NCBI GenBank assembly: GCA_016208915.1
Contig: JACQXE010000037.1
Coordinates: forward strand, 4,905 to 68,904
Direction: 5' to 3'
Source: Nitrospirota bacterium
Lineage (GTDB): Bacteria > Nitrospirota > Thermodesulfovibrionia > Thermodesulfovibrionales > UBA1546
DNA length: 64,000 nt
Positions 1 to 9,778 of the stretch are shown here, in pieces. Each line of letters begins with the position of its first letter. Positions within the stretch are counted from its first letter, which is position 1. The position numbers and the translations under genes are program-made. The notes beneath the pieces were generated by a model, which was not told the DNA's origin, searched no databases, and was given only the letters and a program-made list of their open reading frames with translations.

Positions 1-1871
1 TTTGCATTGATGACTTCCTGTGGCGCAATAACATTTCCGAGCGACTTCGACATCTTTTTGCCGGAGCCATCAACAACAAAGCCGTGCGTGAGAACTGTCC
101 TGTACGATGACGACCCCTTTGTGCCTACTGATGCAAGCAGGGAACTCTGGAACCACCCTCTGTGCTGGTCGCTCCCTTCAAGATACATATCAGCAGGCCA
201 TGAAAGCCTTGAATCATTTTCCATGACTGCAGTATGGCTTACGCCTGAATCAAACCATACATCGAGTATATCCATCTCTTTTGAAAATGATGCGGAATTG
301 CATTTTTTGCATCTGTATCCCTGAGGCAGGAACTCATCAGCCGTTTTAATGAACCATATATCAGCGCCTTTTTCCGCAACTGATTTTATTATTGCAGCGA
401 GGACTGATTCGTCCCTGACGAAATCATCGCAATCGCTGCATCTTATAAGCATTATCGGAACACCCCATGTCCTCTGTCTTGAGATGCACCAATCAGGCCT
501 GTTCGAGACCATGTTGTAGATTCTGTCCCTGCCCCATTTAGGCACCCAGTTTACCTTGTCAATCTCCTCAAGGCATTTCTTTCTGAGGGCATTATGCTCA
601 ACAGATATGAACCACTGCTCTGTTGCACGGAAGATAACAGGTTTTTTGCATCTCCAGCAGTGGGGATAAGAGTGCGTGACCTTTTCTTCTTGCATCAGGG
701 CATTTTTATTTTTTAAAATCTCGATTATTGCAAAGTTTGCCTTGAATACGAACTGGCCCTCAAATTCAGGGACTGCTTTTGTAAATTTCCCCTTATCGTC
801 AACAGGCGCATATATATCAAGCCCGTATTTTAAGCCTGTCTTGTAGTCGTCTTCTCCATGGCCTGGCGCTGTATGAACAACACCTGTGCCTTGCTCTAAA
901 GTAACGTGCTCACCAAGTACGACGGCTATCTCACGATCAATCCACGGATGACTACAAATAATACCTTCAAGTTCAACACCGGCCCATGCGCCTTCAGTAA
1001 TAGTGAAATCATTTTTCTTGTAGCCCATCTTTTCTATGAAATTTTCAATAAGATCCTGAGCAACTATAACTTCACCCTCGGGAGTTTTAATAAGTTGATA
1101 TACAAAGTTTGGGTGGACTGCCAGAGCCAAATTAGCAGGCAGTGTCCATGGAGTTGTCGTCCATATAACAAAATATGCGCCTTTTACCGGATCCGGTATA
1201 AGTTTGCCCTTCGGATTTTTAACCCTAAATTTCACAAATATTGACGGAGATTCTTTATCATTGTATTCAACCTCTGCCTCTGCAAGCGCGGTGATGCACG
1301 AGGGACACCAGTGAACAGGCTTTTTGCCTTTATAGACATAGCCCTTTCTTACAAATTCTAAAAATTCCCTCACTATTGCGCCTTCATATTTATATGACAT
1401 TGTGAGATAGGGAGATGTCCAATCACCAAAGACGCCGAGCCTTTTAAATTCTTCTCTCTGTATATCAACGAATTTGTCTGCGTATTCCCTGCAGAGTCTT
1501 CTTTTTTCAAGGGCATCTATTTTTTCTTTTTTCTCGCCGAGATTTTTGTCAACCTGAAGTTCTATCGGAAGACCATGGCAATCCCATCCTGGAACGTAGG
1601 GAGAGTAAAAACCCTGCATTGACTTGAATTTCACGATAATGTCCTTGAGTATTTTATTCAGGGCATGTCCTATGTGTATATGTCCATTCGCATACGGAGG
1701 CCCGTCATGGAGTATATAGTCTTTGCTTCCTTTATTCTTCTCCTGAATTTGTGCGTATATCCTGTTCTCCTCCCAGAACTTGAGCATTGCAGGCTCTTTC
1801 TGAGCGAGGTTTGCTTTCATGGGAAAATCTGTCTGCGGTAGATTCAGGGTATTTTTGTAATCTTTTGGCAT
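1..1871 (-). CDS. ileS: isoleucine--tRNA ligase, N-terminal portion (ORF stays open to the window start, so it is absent from the ORF track)
   Basis: Manual reverse-strand translation from ATG at 1871..1869 gives MPKDYKNTLNLPQTDFPMKANLAQKEPAMLKFWEENRIYAQ...HDGPPYANGHIHIGHALNKILKD...GWDCHGLPIE. This shows the class I HIGH motif and an IleRS-type N-terminus. Confidence 0.85.
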   Translation of the reverse strand, partial: MPKDYKNTLNLPQTDFPMKANLAQKEPAMLKFWEENRIYAQIQEKNKGSKDYILHDGPPYANGHIHIGHALNKILKDIIVKFKSMQGFYSPYVPGWDCHGLPIELQVDKNLGEKKEKIDALEKRRLCREYADKFVDIQREEFKRLGVFGDWTSPYLTMSYKYEGAIVREFLEFVRKGYVYKGKKPVHWCPSCITALAEAEVEYNDKESPSIFVKFRVKNPKGKLIPDPVKGAYFVIWTTTPWTLPANLALAVHPNFVYQLIKTPEGEVIVAQDLIENFIEKMGYKKNDFTITEGAWAGVELEGIICSHPWIDREIAVVLGEHVTLEQGTGVVHTAPGHGEDDYKTGLKYGLDIYAPVDDKGKFTKAVPEFEGQFVFKANFAIIEILKNKNALMQEEKVTHSYPHCWRCKKPVIFRATEQWFISVEHNALRKKCLEEIDKVNWVPKWGRDRIYNMVSNRPDWCISRQRTWGVPIMLIRCSDCDDFVRDESVLAAIIKSVAEKGADIWFIKTADEFLPQGYRCKKCNSASFSKEMDILDVWFDSGVSHTAVMENDSRLSWPADMYLEGSDQHRGWFQSSLLASVGTKGSSSYRTVLTHGFVVDGSGKKMSKSLGNVIAPQEVINA

Positions 1872-2054
1872 AAGAAAGAAATTACCACTATAACAAATTG
1901 AAAGTCAAGGGAAGCATATACGGCGAAAAACTCAATATATATAAATTTTTGATTTAAAATTGAGTTGTCGATAAGATTTTAGTATGATATTATAAATTTT
2001 AAATTGGTTATGGAAACTGTCTTTGACAGAATGAATATGTAAGAAGGAGGTTTT

Positions 2055-3416
2055 ATGGGGAAAAAGGGAAGAGTTCTTACAATTGTTGCTATTTTTGTGA
2101 TAGCAGGTCTGTTCCTGTCCAATTCAACAGGGATTGCTCAGGCTGAAAAACCAAAAATAGCTCCTCCATGCAAGCAATGCCACCAGCCGAATGAAAAGAT
2201 ATTGCGAGGAACATTCGCAGGTGTTTCACAAAAGGCATGGACGATTCAAATTCAGATCGGTCCTGCAACATGGCTTGTGAAATGGGATGATGACACAGAA
2301 CTCATCGGTGCAGAAGGATTCAGCAAGATTCCAAAGGACAAAGAAATTGCCATAGCGATCGAAGAAAAAAACGGTATGCTCTATGCTAAAAGTTTATCTG
2401 TCAAGCCTCCGGCAAAAGTTCCTGCAGAGAAACTGATGAAGGCTGATGAACTTGCAAAGCTTGTTGAGATGGGCACTGAGAAAGGCAATTTCATGCTTGT
2501 AGATTCAAGGCCTGCATTGAGATATAACGAGAGTTTTATTCCGGGCGCGATTAATATTTATGATGCTGAATTTGATAAGAATATTGATAAGCTTCCAAAA
2601 GAAAAGAGCAAACTGCTCATATTCTATTGTGCAGGAGAGACCTGAAGACTGAGTCCATCCTCTGCCGGTAAGGCGGAGAAACTTGGTTACACCAATGTAA
2701 GAGTCTTTCACGAAGGCATGCCTGTATGGAAAAAGGCCGGCAATATAGTTCTTTCAACGCCACAGAATCTGAAAGAAAGTATTGAGAAGGATATCTCCAT
2801 GGTCCTGATCGATCTTAGGAAGGCGGGCGATGCTAAAAAGGAGCATATAAAGGGCGCTGTTTCAGTTTTGGCAGAAGGCATCAGCAAGGCAAAAGACAAG
2901 TTTCCTGCTGATAAAAAGGCGCCAATAGTTCTCTATGCAGGAGATACGAAATCAGCATTCGATTCATTCAAGAATGTAAGAGGATGGGGGTATACAAACA
3001 CATCTGTTCTTAGCGGTGGAATAGAGGCATGGAAAAATGCGGGAAATCCTGTTGAAGGCGGAGAGCTGAAGACAGACATAGTGTATGTGCCAAAGCCGAG
3101 GCCAGGTGAGATAACGGTTGAGGAATTCAAGAAGATCGCAGAGACACTTCCTTCAGACAAACTCATACTTGACGTGAAAGATGTGGATGAAGCAACAGAA
3201 GGTATGCTTGTAGGCGCGAAGAATATACCTACACAGGATATTCAGGCGAGACTATCCGAGATTCCTAAGGATAAGGAGATAATCGCTTACTGCAACACAG
3301 GCGTGAGGGCTGAGATGGCATATCACATTCTGAAGGATGCAGGATATAAGGCAAGATTTCTTAATGCTAATCTTAAGATTGACAAGAACGGGAAATATGA
3401 AATAAGCAAGGAATAG
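2055..3416 (+). CDS. secreted CxxCH (haem c motif) protein with three rhodanese-like domains; one in-frame TGA at 2643..2645 (candidate selenocysteine, otherwise a disrupted gene)
   Basis: Track ORFs 2055..2645 and 2718..3416 share one frame and are separated only by a single TGA. There is a signal-like N-terminus and a CKQCH motif. The TGA splits rhodanese domain 1 (..LLIFYCAGET-TGA-RLSPSSAGKAEKLGYTNVRVFHEGMPVWKKAG). Domain 3 has a CNTGVR loop. Confidence 0.6.
2655..2686 (+). promoter_or_regulatory. stem-loop just 3' of the in-frame UGA, compatible with a bacterial SECIS element
   Basis: A 7-bp upper stem 2660-2666/2672-2678 (CUCUGCC/GGCGGAG, one G-U pair) closes a GGUAA loop at 2667-2671. 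The loop begins 21 nt after the UGA. A possible lower stem is 2655-2657/2684-2686. Confidence 0.4.
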
Positions 3417-3433
3417 GCATAGCGAAGACCATT

Positions 3434-3474
3434 AAAAGGGGGATAAGAACTTTGTCTTCATCCCCCTTTTTTTC
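3434..3474. terminator. bidirectional rho-independent terminator between convergent genes
   Basis: AAAAGGGGGAT (3434-3444) pairs with ATCCCCCTTTT (3460-3470). An A-run lies on one side and a T-run (3467-3473) on the other. Confidence 0.5.
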
Positions 3475-4132
3475 AATCCTCTTCAGACGCTGCTGGTTGT
3501 GGGGGCTTTGGGGTTGCAGGGGGTGCAACTGCCTTGAACTGGGGGGGGATATTAACTTTAGGTTGCTGTTGTGAAGGAACCTGAACCGCAGGTCCGGAAG
3601 GTTGATATAACCGCGGCATTGTGGGCATGGGAAGAGGAGTGGTTGTTACAGTTCCCGATTGCCTGAATCTTTGTGGAGGCGTAGTGTTTTTCATTCCTGG
3701 CTTGCTTCCACCGTATATGTCTATCTTAGATATTAGACCATCAGGTGTGTAGTAGAGAGTATAATCGTTTTCTTTTATGAGTGTGAGCAGTCGCCTTATG
3801 CCTTTCTCTATCTCAACATCTTTGAAAGTAGTGCTGATCTTTTTATGATTAACTTCAACAGATATTTCTGCCTGAAATCCGACCTTTTCTGCAATATTGT
3901 CTATCACATCTCCTATTTCTGCATCCAGTAGTTCAACGCTTAACATCCTGTCTTTGACATCTATGTTCATAATCGGCTTGGGCTCTTCGATTTCAGCCTC
4001 AACCTCTTCTACTTCCTCAGGAGTCTGGGCATACAGAGGAGAAAACAGCAGGAGTATGAATGCCGAAGCAAGAAAGACCTTACATGTTAATAAAATCCTT
4101 AAAAATGAAATTGCTGACGACATGTGTCTCAT
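3473..4132 (-). CDS. hypothetical secreted protein with a Pro/Gln-rich C-terminus
   Basis: 219-aa ORF with a hydrophobic signal-like N-terminus (..LLLFSPLYAQTPEE). Its start overlaps the stop of the upstream EF-G-like gene by 4 nt. I recognise no family. Confidence 0.55.
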   Translation of the reverse strand: MRHMSSAISFLRILLTCKVFLASAFILLLFSPLYAQTPEEVEEVEAEIEEPKPIMNIDVKDRMLSVELLDAEIGDVIDNIAEKVGFQAEISVEVNHKKISTTFKDVEIEKGIRRLLTLIKENDYTLYYTPDGLISKIDIYGGSKPGMKNTTPPQRFRQSGTVTTTPLPMPTMPRLYQPSGPAVQVPSQQQPKVNIPPQFKAVAPPATPKPPQPAASEED

Positions 4133-6228
4133 TTCTCTTCTGCCTTCTCCTTCTTATGGGCTGTTCTTTCAGCTATTATCTTCTGTGCATTGTGGCCGGG
4201 AACCTCTTCGTAGTGCGAGAATTCCATCGAGTATAACCCTCTTCCCGATGTAAGGCTGTGAAGCTGATTTGCGTATGTCAGCATCTCAGACATCGGAACC
4301 AAAGCGGTTATTTTCTGATTTCGTGCCTGTGATTCGACTCCTTGCACCTTGCCTCTCTTTGAGTTGAGGTCGCCTATCACTGCGCCGAGCGTCTCATCAG
4401 GCGTGGTCACCTCTGTTTTCATTATGGGCTCAAGGAGTATCGGTTTTGCATCCTCAACCGCCTTTTTAATGGCCATTGAACCTGCGATCTTGAAAGCCAT
4501 TTCAGATGAATCTACTGTATGGTATGAACCATCGTAGAGCGATACCCTTATATCGACCATAGGATATCCCGCAATTATGCCTTCATGCATTGCTTCAACA
4601 ATTCCTTTTTCGACTGCTGGGATGTATTGTCTTGGTATAGCTCCTCCCACGATCTTATCCACATACTCAAAGCCTTTGCCTCTTGGCAAGGGTTCTATTG
4701 TTATGTGACAATCTCCATATTGGCCCCTTCCGCCTGACTGTTTTTTGTATCTCCCCTGAGCTTTTGCAGGCGCTTTAATCGTCTCTCTGTATGGGATTTT
4801 CGGCGTCTTCATTACTACCTCAACGCCAAACTTTCTTTTTAATCTTTCGAGAGATACTTCAAGGTGCACCTGTCCCATGCCTGAAAGGATCATCTCTTTT
4901 GTCTCCTCGTCCCTGTGAAATTTGAGAGTTGGGTCTTCCTCAAGGATTCTATGGAGACCTGTACTTACTTTATCTTCATCTCCCTTTGTTTTTGGAGCGA
5001 TTGCATAAGATATTAGAGGCTCGGCAAATTTTGCCTTCTCAAAAACTATCGGATGTGTCTCATCACAGAGAGTGTCGCCTGTATTTGTCTCTTTAAGCTT
5101 TGCGACAACGCCTATCTCTCCGGCACCTATTGTATTTGTAGGTATCTGTTTCTTGCCGAGGAGATAGAATATCTGTCCTATCCTTTCCTTTGAACCGACT
5201 GTTGAATTAAGCACATTTGAGTCGGCTTTCAGACCGCCTGAATAGACCCTGAACAAAGACAGTTTTCCTGCATATGGGTCTGCTATTGTCTTGAATACAT
5301 AGGCGGAAAAAGGCTCCTTTCCGTCTGGTTTTCTCTGCACCTCTGTTCCGTCTTTCGGTTTTTTGCCTTTTATCGGGAAAATCCTTACAAGGTCTAAGGG
5401 AGAAGGCAGACAGAGAATTATAGTATCCAGAAGCTGGGGTATTCCTATATTTTTTGTTGCAGAGCCGCATGCAACCGGGATGAATTTTCTTGAAAGCGAT
5501 CCCTCTTTTATTCCCTTTATGATCTCATCCTGTGTCAGTTCACCGCCTTCGAGATATTTTTCGAGCAGTGAATCTTCTGATTCGGCAATCTTTTCTACGA
5601 GTTTTTTTCTGTATTCCTCTGCCTCGGAAACAAGGTCAGAAGGTATGTCTGATTCGGATGCCTTGCCTCCTGAAAATTTATATGCCTTCATATTCAGAAG
5701 GTTTACAATTCCCTCAAAATTTTCGCCTGCGCCTATCGGTATCTGCAAAGGAACTCCCTCTGCTCCAAATGATTTGCTGAGTTCTTCAAGCGCATTGACG
5801 AAATTAGCTGATTCTTTATCCATCTTGTTAATAAAGACTATTCTCGGTATTTCATATTCGCAGGCGTATTTCCAGACTTTCTCTGTTTCAGCCTTAACGC
5901 CGGATATGGCGCTTACTATCACAACTGCGCCGTCAACTGCCTTGAGACTCCCCCTTGTATCTTCGACAAAGTTTATAAATCCCGGAGTGTCTATAAGATT
6001 TAAGCGATAACCATTCCAATTGCAGAAAGCAAGGGCTGAAATAATGGTTATCTTTCTTGATATTTCCTCGGGTTCAGAATCTGTTGTAGTATTTCCCTCT
6101 TCAATGCTGCCAAGCCTGTCGATCGAGCCTGAATCAAAAAGCATAGCTTCAACCAGCGATGTCTTTCCCGCGCCTCCATGCGCAATAACAGCAACATTGC
6201 GAATCTTGTTAACATCAAAATTAGACAT
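4129..6228 (-). CDS. elongation factor G family GTPase (EF-G paralog; not in an str-operon context)
   Basis: 699 aa. G1 motif AHGGAGKTS, DTPGFINF, and full EF-G domain-like length and sequence. Confidence 0.9.
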   Translation of the reverse strand: MSNFDVNKIRNVAVIAHGGAGKTSLVEAMLFDSGSIDRLGSIEEGNTTTDSEPEEISRKITIISALAFCNWNGYRLNLIDTPGFINFVEDTRGSLKAVDGAVVIVSAISGVKAETEKVWKYACEYEIPRIVFINKMDKESANFVNALEELSKSFGAEGVPLQIPIGAGENFEGIVNLLNMKAYKFSGGKASESDIPSDLVSEAEEYRKKLVEKIAESEDSLLEKYLEGGELTQDEIIKGIKEGSLSRKFIPVACGSATKNIGIPQLLDTIILCLPSPLDLVRIFPIKGKKPKDGTEVQRKPDGKEPFSAYVFKTIADPYAGKLSLFRVYSGGLKADSNVLNSTVGSKERIGQIFYLLGKKQIPTNTIGAGEIGVVAKLKETNTGDTLCDETHPIVFEKAKFAEPLISYAIAPKTKGDEDKVSTGLHRILEEDPTLKFHRDEETKEMILSGMGQVHLEVSLERLKRKFGVEVVMKTPKIPYRETIKAPAKAQGRYKKQSGGRGQYGDCHITIEPLPRGKGFEYVDKIVGGAIPRQYIPAVEKGIVEAMHEGIIAGYPMVDIRVSLYDGSYHTVDSSEMAFKIAGSMAIKKAVEDAKPILLEPIMKTEVTTPDETLGAVIGDLNSKRGKVQGVESQARNQKITALVPMSEMLTYANQLHSLTSGRGLYSMEFSHYEEVPGHNAQKIIAERTAHKKEKAEEK

Positions 6229-6241
6229 GAATGAAGTCCTC

Positions 6242-6667
6242 CTATTCCAGTATTTCTTCTATAACAGGTTTTGACTCTGTTTTTTTAGAAGCAGTCATGC
6301 TCCAGATTTTTATGACTAAAAAAGCTATCAGGAATGCGCCAAAACCGAATATGGCTGATATTATATCGGGGTCCATGTCTTTGAACTGACTGCTGAACAC
6401 CTCTTTGCCTATTATTGCGCCTGTAATGAGCGCTAAGGCAGGTATGCCATAAACAATTATAGAACCGCTCAAATATGTATAGGTTTTTACGATTACTTTC
6501 ACCCTCTGCCCTACCTTTGCCTTTGCCTTGTTGATTGCCTCTATCTCCATTGACTGTTCATCAGGCTTGCAGGTGCCTGCTGTGCACCCCTCGCAGACAC
6601 TCTTCCTCGGCACGGAGACCTTAGCAATCATCCCTTCTATGCTTTTTACTACCCCTACCTCCTCCAT
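6242..6667 (-). CDS. RseC/MucC (SoxR-reducing system) family membrane protein
   Basis: 141 aa. N-terminal Cys cluster (CEGCTAGTC) followed by two TM helices, the typical RseC architecture. Confidence 0.65.
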   Translation of the reverse strand: MEEVGVVKSIEGMIAKVSVPRKSVCEGCTAGTCKPDEQSMEIEAINKAKAKVGQRVKVIVKTYTYLSGSIIVYGIPALALITGAIIGKEVFSSQFKDMDPDIISAIFGFGAFLIAFLVIKIWSMTASKKTESKPVIEEILE

Positions 6668-6807
6668 GATAATAGCATTTTAACATACTGAGTTTTGAAA
6701 ATGCACATTGAGTGCGCATCTTAAAATCTTTGACAACAAGATGTATTTTGTGATAGATCTTTTTGAAAATTTTAAGAAACAAGGTGGTTGAGAAATAATT
6801 GGCAGAA

Positions 6808-7995
6808 CTATACAAAACCTGCAAGGAATTTCCCTGCAGAGATGATTCTTATCCCCCTTTCAAGTTTATCGGTTTTATCCCTTTTCACTACCTGATATAC
6901 ATAAGGGATTGACAACCTGTCCTTGAAGTAAATGAGACTTGGAGATACAGCCGTATCATTAAGCTTTACTTCAGCAGCAAACCATGGCTTTCCGTTTATG
7001 GTCACAAGAAAATCAACCTCACGCTTATCCACATCCCTTAAATAGTAGAGTTCTGCTTTATATCCTTCGTAGTCTGTTACAAAATGTACATACTTCAGGA
7101 GATGTGAGGCAATAAGATTTTCAAACCGTGCAGCCTCGTCCTCAACCTCTGACCAGTCCCAGACATAAAGCTTCGGCTCTTTTTTGAGCGACCGTATTTT
7201 TTTTGTTGCATAAGGATATATCCGAAAGTGATAGTAAAAGGTTTCAAGAATATCCATCCAGTGTGTGATTGCGCGATGACTGACCTCAAGGTCTTCCCTT
7301 ATGGCATTGAGCGACAGAAGAGAGCCGACCTTTGACGGCAGTATGTCGCTCAGGAGTTTTATACTGCCTATATCCCGTATTGTCTGAACATCCAGTATGT
7401 CCTCCCTGAACATTCTTTCAATCTTCTCATTGTGCCACCGCCTGAGATGCCTTTTGTTTTGCTTGGTAACAGGCTCTGGAAACCCTCCAAATGTATCGAG
7501 CATATCAAGGGCCTCCTGATGAAAACCTGTTCCTACGGAGATTTCATTCATCACCATTGACTTGTAAGTAGCGTTTTCGATCTCGGGCAGAGTAAAGGGA
7601 TGGAGCCTGTAGTAATGATATCTTCCCTGCATGGAGTCACCACCCCTCCTATAGAGGTCAAGCCGTGCGCTGCCGGTAATTAAGAATTTATAAGCATCCT
7701 TGAGCTTGTCGTATTCCCCCTTAATAAACCCTTTCCACTGGCGGTATTTGTGTATCTCATCAAAGATAAGGAGTTCAGTATCCCCGGGCCACGACGCTGC
7801 GATAATCGCCTTTCTGTCTGCCCTGTTGTCCCAATTAAAATATGAGTGATTCTTGAAATGTGTCGCAACGAAATTACGGCAGAGTGTTGTCTTTCCGACT
7901 TGGCGCGGTCCGCCGACAAAGACCATCTTATCCTTGAGGTCATCAACGATATACAGCGTGAGGTAGCGCTTTTTCAGCATATGACCAATATACAA
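6808..7995 (-). CDS. AAA+ ATPase with a DUF4143-type C-terminal domain
   Basis: 395 aa. Walker A GPRQVGKTT, Walker B LLIFDEIH, and the typical ATPase/DUF4143 layout. Confidence 0.8.
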   Translation of the reverse strand: MYIGHMLKKRYLTLYIVDDLKDKMVFVGGPRQVGKTTLCRNFVATHFKNHSYFNWDNRADRKAIIAASWPGDTELLIFDEIHKYRQWKGFIKGEYDKLKDAYKFLITGSARLDLYRRGGDSMQGRYHYYRLHPFTLPEIENATYKSMVMNEISVGTGFHQEALDMLDTFGGFPEPVTKQNKRHLRRWHNEKIERMFREDILDVQTIRDIGSIKLLSDILPSKVGSLLSLNAIREDLEVSHRAITHWMDILETFYYHFRIYPYATKKIRSLKKEPKLYVWDWSEVEDEAARFENLIASHLLKYVHFVTDYEGYKAELYYLRDVDKREVDFLVTINGKPWFAAEVKLNDTAVSPSLIYFKDRLSIPYVYQVVKRDKTDKLERGIRIISAGKFLAGFV

Positions 7996-8354
7996 TAATT
8001 TTTGCTTAAAAGCAAATAAATTAGCTTATTATTTTGCTTTTGAGAAAAACAGATATGGCTGTTTCCTTTTTGATTCCAAACCTATTTCACCAACAGAGCT
8101 TTTAAAAAGGGTGAGAGAAAAATTGGATGAGTGATTTGTGACATTTCAAAATGGTAACATCATAGAGAAGAAAGGTCTTGACAAGACTTGAAGGTTGTGA
8201 TAACGTTTTTTTGACATGTTTGACATGGCACAAGGAATATTGTTCATAATCTTGTTTTCCATCATAATTTTTCTGAATCAGAGAGCGTTGGAGTTTATGG
8301 CAAGGATACGAGGATTAATAAAGTAGGAGTGTTGATTATGATATTAAACTTGCG

Positions 8355-8392
<38 letters not shown>

Positions 8393-8425
8393 TAACTCCT
8401 TATCAGAAATTTTTCAATTCAAAAA

Positions 8426-8452
8426 GGGCGTGTTTAATAACACGCCCTTTTT
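8426..8452. terminator. strong hairpin with flanking A- and T-runs (rho-independent terminator-like, bidirectional)
   Basis: GGGCGTGTT-TAAT-AACACGCCC is a perfect 9-bp stem. It is preceded by AAAAA and followed by TTTTTGTTT. Confidence 0.6.
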
Positions 8453-8513
8453 GTTTCAGATATGCCCATGTCTCCGGAAGAGGATGCATGGGCTTTTATT
8501 TTTATAATTACCA

Positions 8514-9026
8514 ATGAGAATAGGTGCCAGAATAAAAAACCTGCGTAGTAGCCAAAGAATTACCTTAAAGGAATTGGCAAAAAGGGCAGATCTCTCTATA
8601 AGTTTTGTCTCTCAGGTTGAGAGGGAAAAGACCTCGCCTTCCTTAGATTCTTTGAGTAAGATTGGTTCTGCCTTAGGGGTAAGTTTGGCACATCTTTTTT
8701 CACAAAGGCAAATCAAAGAAATCATCTTTATTAAAAAAAAGAAAAAGAAGATGCCTTTTTATTTTTCTGTTTTTAATGAGGCATTGGGGATAAAGATGAA
8801 GCCTTTGATTTTGGATTTAAAAGAAAAGGATGTAATCTTTGAGGGAAAAGGAAGAGGAGAAGAATTTGGATACGTGATTAAAGGAGAGATAGAGTTAGAG
8901 ACAAAAGGAGAAAAAGTTATTTTAAATGAAGGAGACAGTGTATATCTTATTAACCCTTTAAGGCACAAATTGGAAAATCTAAGCAACAAAAATTCTGTGG
9001 TTATTTGGGTTATGACAGGAAAATAA
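8514..9026 (+). CDS. XRE-family HTH transcriptional regulator with a C-terminal cupin-like domain
   Basis: N-terminus IKNLRSSQRITLKELAKRADLSISFVSQVEREKTSPSLDSLSKIGSALGV matches HTH_3. C-terminus GYVIKGEIELETKGEKVILNEGDSVYL is cupin-like. Confidence 0.75.
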   Translation: MRIGARIKNLRSSQRITLKELAKRADLSISFVSQVEREKTSPSLDSLSKIGSALGVSLAHLFSQRQIKEIIFIKKKKKKMPFYFSVFNEALGIKMKPLILDLKEKDVIFEGKGRGEEFGYVIKGEIELETKGEKVILNEGDSVYLINPLRHKLENLSNKNSVVIWVMTGK

Positions 9027-9050
9027 TTATTTCTTGTTAAGGAGGTGCAG

Positions 9051-9392
9051 ATGATAAAAGAAAGGAGGGAAAGCCCTCGAATAAAGAAAAGTTTTCCTGT
9101 CTATTGTACTTCTGTTGGTAAAGGTCTTCTGGGGAAAGGGATTGGGCGTAATATTAGCAGGGAAGGTTTGGGTATTGAAATAGAGTCCTCTTTTTCTTTA
9201 GGAGAAGATGTGAAGATGGAAATATACTTACCTTCTGGCAAAAAAACATTTTATTCCATTGAACTTATTGGTAAGGTTGTTTGGGCAAGGAAGAATAATG
9301 AATCTCGAAGAGATTTTTGTAATAACTATTTTATGGGAGTAAGATTTTTGGAGATAGACAAAGAAATCAATGAAAGGTTAGTTTCATTATAA
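9051..9392 (+). CDS. PilZ domain protein (putative c-di-GMP receptor)
   Basis: RRESPR...(N)ISREGLG matches the PilZ RxxxR / D/NxSxxG signature. AAGGAGG lies 5 nt upstream of ATG 9051 (the track start at 9045 is a GTG). Confidence 0.7.
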   Translation: MIKERRESPRIKKSFPVYCTSVGKGLLGKGIGRNISREGLGIEIESSFSLGEDVKMEIYLPSGKKTFYSIELIGKVVWARKNNESRRDFCNNYFMGVRFLEIDKEINERLVSL

Positions 9393-9421
9393 AATAAGGA
9401 GGGATTTTTTTTGCTTTTAAA

Positions 9422-9463
9422 TTGAAGTAATACTGAAAATTTGAAGTAATACTGAAAATTTGA
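9422..9463. repeat. 19-bp tandem direct repeat (2.2 copies) upstream of gvpA; candidate regulator binding site
   Basis: ttgaagtaatactgaaaat occurs at 9422-9440 and again at 9441-9459, then ttga. Confidence 0.8.
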
Positions 9464-9571
9464 TGTTTTGGGATTGGCGCTTATAAAGAGTGAATTTAAA
9501 CCCGTTAAAAATGCCAAAGTCTTAGAGAAAACAAGATTTCTAACGGGTAAACAAGAAAGGAGGTGAATATC

Positions 9572-9778
9572 ATGGCAGTGGAAAAAGCAATAGGTTCTTC
9601 CAGCTTGGTAGAAGTTATTGACAGAATCCTGGATAAGGGCGTTGTGATTGATGCCTGGGTAAGGGTCTCCTTAGTTGGTATTGAAATACTCGCTATTGAG
9701 GCAAGAGTAGTTGTGGCATCAGTTGAGACCTATCTGAAATATGCTGAGGCGATTGGTTTGACTGCAACAGCAGCGTAG
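9572..9778 (+). CDS. gvpA: gas vesicle structural protein GvpA
   Basis: [63 protein letters not shown] is the canonical GvpA sequence. GGAGG lies 8 nt upstream of ATG 9572. Confidence 0.97.
   Translation: MAVEKAIGSSSLVEVIDRILDKGVVIDAWVRVSLVGIEILAIEARVVVASVETYLKYAEAIGLTATAA

Noticed and set aside
5363-6010. Many long track ORFs lie antisense to or overlapping well-supported genes (for example 5363..6010, 14416..14772, 17746..18177, 23002..23766, 31022..31459, 50491..50922, 53690..54076).
   Set aside because: Each lies opposite or out of frame to a gene with clear family-level sequence signatures. Their translations are low-complexity (Ser/Leu/Pro/Ile-rich) with no motifs. I treat them as shadow ORFs.
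8239-8256. A sigma-54-like TGGCAC element (TGGCACaaggaatattgt) and tandem TTGACA boxes upstream of the gvp regulator region.
   Set aside because: The -12 TTGC element is absent at the required spacing (GG to GC 10 nt). The sigma-70 -10 candidates are poor or mis-spaced. The evidence is not strong enough to call a promoter.
8732-8752. An A-rich tract (aaaaaaaagaaaaagaag, encoding KKKKKK) in the linker of the XRE-cupin regulator as a slippage or frameshift site.
   Set aside because: The frame is intact and both domains are in the same frame. Homopolymer length is only 8, so there is no evidence of programmed shifting. I note it only as a sequencing-error-prone spot.
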